A stretch of DNA of 64,000 bases from a virus: positions 18,961-82,960 of the IMG/VR virus record IMGVR_UViG_3300027906_002394. One strand, written 5' to 3'. Under the pieces are notes generated by a model, which was given only the letters and a program-made list of their open reading frames with translations, made no database searches and was not told where the DNA came from. Made by a program: the position numbers and the translations under genes. This document shows positions 63,144 through 64,000 of the stretch, in pieces. How positions within the stretch are numbered: the stretch's first letter is position 1; each line of letters starts with the position of its first letter.

Positions 63144-64000
63144 ATGGCAGGGCCAGTAACACTTAAAGCAGGATCATATCCGGCTGCCGCTGGGGGACTA
63201 CAAGGTCTCAGAGAATTATCAGCTACTGAGATAAAAGACCAAGTAGCTGGTGTAATCACGGCAAAATTTGCTGCTGATACCGATGGTTCTGGGACTGCGG
63301 AACTTAATGTTGTGACAGGCGGTTCTGCTGGTGGCGATGAAATCGGAACATTTACAAACAGAGAGAGAACTGAGTCTGTAGGAACACACCCAGCTGGTGG
63401 AAGTACTACTGATACTGTTTACCGATTTAATCAACCAAGTGCTGCTGTTAGTGAATCTGGACAAATCAATCCCCTTAGATGGACAGGAACCGCTGTAGAA
63501 CAGGCAACTGATACTGAGTTAGATACGGAAGTATTGGACTTGGTTATAACTGCAATGGCTGCCGAAGACGCGAACACAATAGGACAATATAAAATAGGTA
63601 CATCTTCACCTTCTGGTGGAACATGGACTTCAAGATATACAGTTACAGAAACACAAGTAGACGGAACAGATGTCTCTTACAATCTCTATCAAAAAACTGC
63701 ACCGACTACAGATGCTGGAACTGATTCAAATATATTATTAAAAGCGGGTGACGAAGGACAACCAAATGAAATGACAACCGCAAATTTACAAACATTGGTG
63801 CCTGCATTTAGAAATAGAATTATGTCAAGTTTAGTAGGGACATACCTACTTCAAACTGGCTCACCATCTGCCGCTGGAACATGGGTACAGATGGGGTCAA
63901 CGATGACTGACCAATTAAAAGACATCTCATCACAGAACTATTCTGGAGACTATACAGGGTCATATACTGGGTACTATGACCGATTCTTTGCTGGATTCTT
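63144..64000 (+). CDS. Structural protein, truncated at window edge; enters a Y/F-x-G-x repeat region
   Basis: AAGGAG SD; ATG 63144 (MAGPVTLKAGSYP...) open to the end (...NYSGDYTGSYTGYYDRFFAGF); not in the ORF track. Confidence 0.8.
   Translation, partial: MAGPVTLKAGSYPAAAGGLQGLRELSATEIKDQVAGVITAKFAADTDGSGTAELNVVTGGSAGGDEIGTFTNRERTESVGTHPAGGSTTDTVYRFNQPSAAVSESGQINPLRWTGTAVEQATDTELDTEVLDLVITAMAAEDANTIGQYKIGTSSPSGGTWTSRYTVTETQVDGTDVSYNLYQKTAPTTDAGTDSNILLKAGDEGQPNEMTTANLQTLVPAFRNRIMSSLVGTYLLQTGSPSAAGTWVQMGSTMTDQLKDISSQNYSGDYTGSYTGYYDRFFAGF

Noticed and set aside
1-64000. tRNA genes, introns, inteins, homing endonucleases, DGR or integrase
   Set aside because: Intergenic gaps are short and were inspected; the only tRNA-like element is the tmRNA, and no such motifs were recognised by eye.

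Overview
This 64 kb AT-rich window comes from a large T4-like myovirus genome, most likely a marine phage of a proteobacterial host. From left to right it contains five blocks. (1) A minus-strand trio of exported or membrane proteins, including a >700-aa nidogen-like ORF missed by the ORF track and an Asn/Thr-repeat protein. (2) A ~22 kb, tightly overlapping tailoring cluster with seven N-terminal-twitch radical SAM enzymes, a fatty-acid desaturase, two 2OG-Fe(II) oxygenases, a GNAT, a methyltransferase, two UDP-sugar dehydrogenases, an APS-kinase-like protein, a nucleotidyltransferase, two glycosyltransferase-like proteins, two SGNH proteins and a carbamoyltransferase. (3) A TorF-like porin, phoH, an exonuclease, a circularly permuted two-piece tmRNA, a SleB hydrolase, an epimerase, gp33, gp59, gp32 and a B12-type radical SAM. 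(4) A minus-strand tail-assembly block (gp2, gp54, two gp26 paralogs, a gp51 C-terminal ORF behind a -1 slippery site, a probable tape measure), followed by a small beta-barrel plus PiT-like permease cassette behind Pho-box-like repeats, then gp4. (5) The baseplate and tail-fibre module (gp48, gp53, gp27-like, gp5, gp25, PAAR, gp6, gp7, gp8, DUF4815-like and fibre proteins). Host sigma70 promoters and T4 late promoters (TATAAATA) are visible. All calls come from motif recognition and synteny by eye; no database searches were run.
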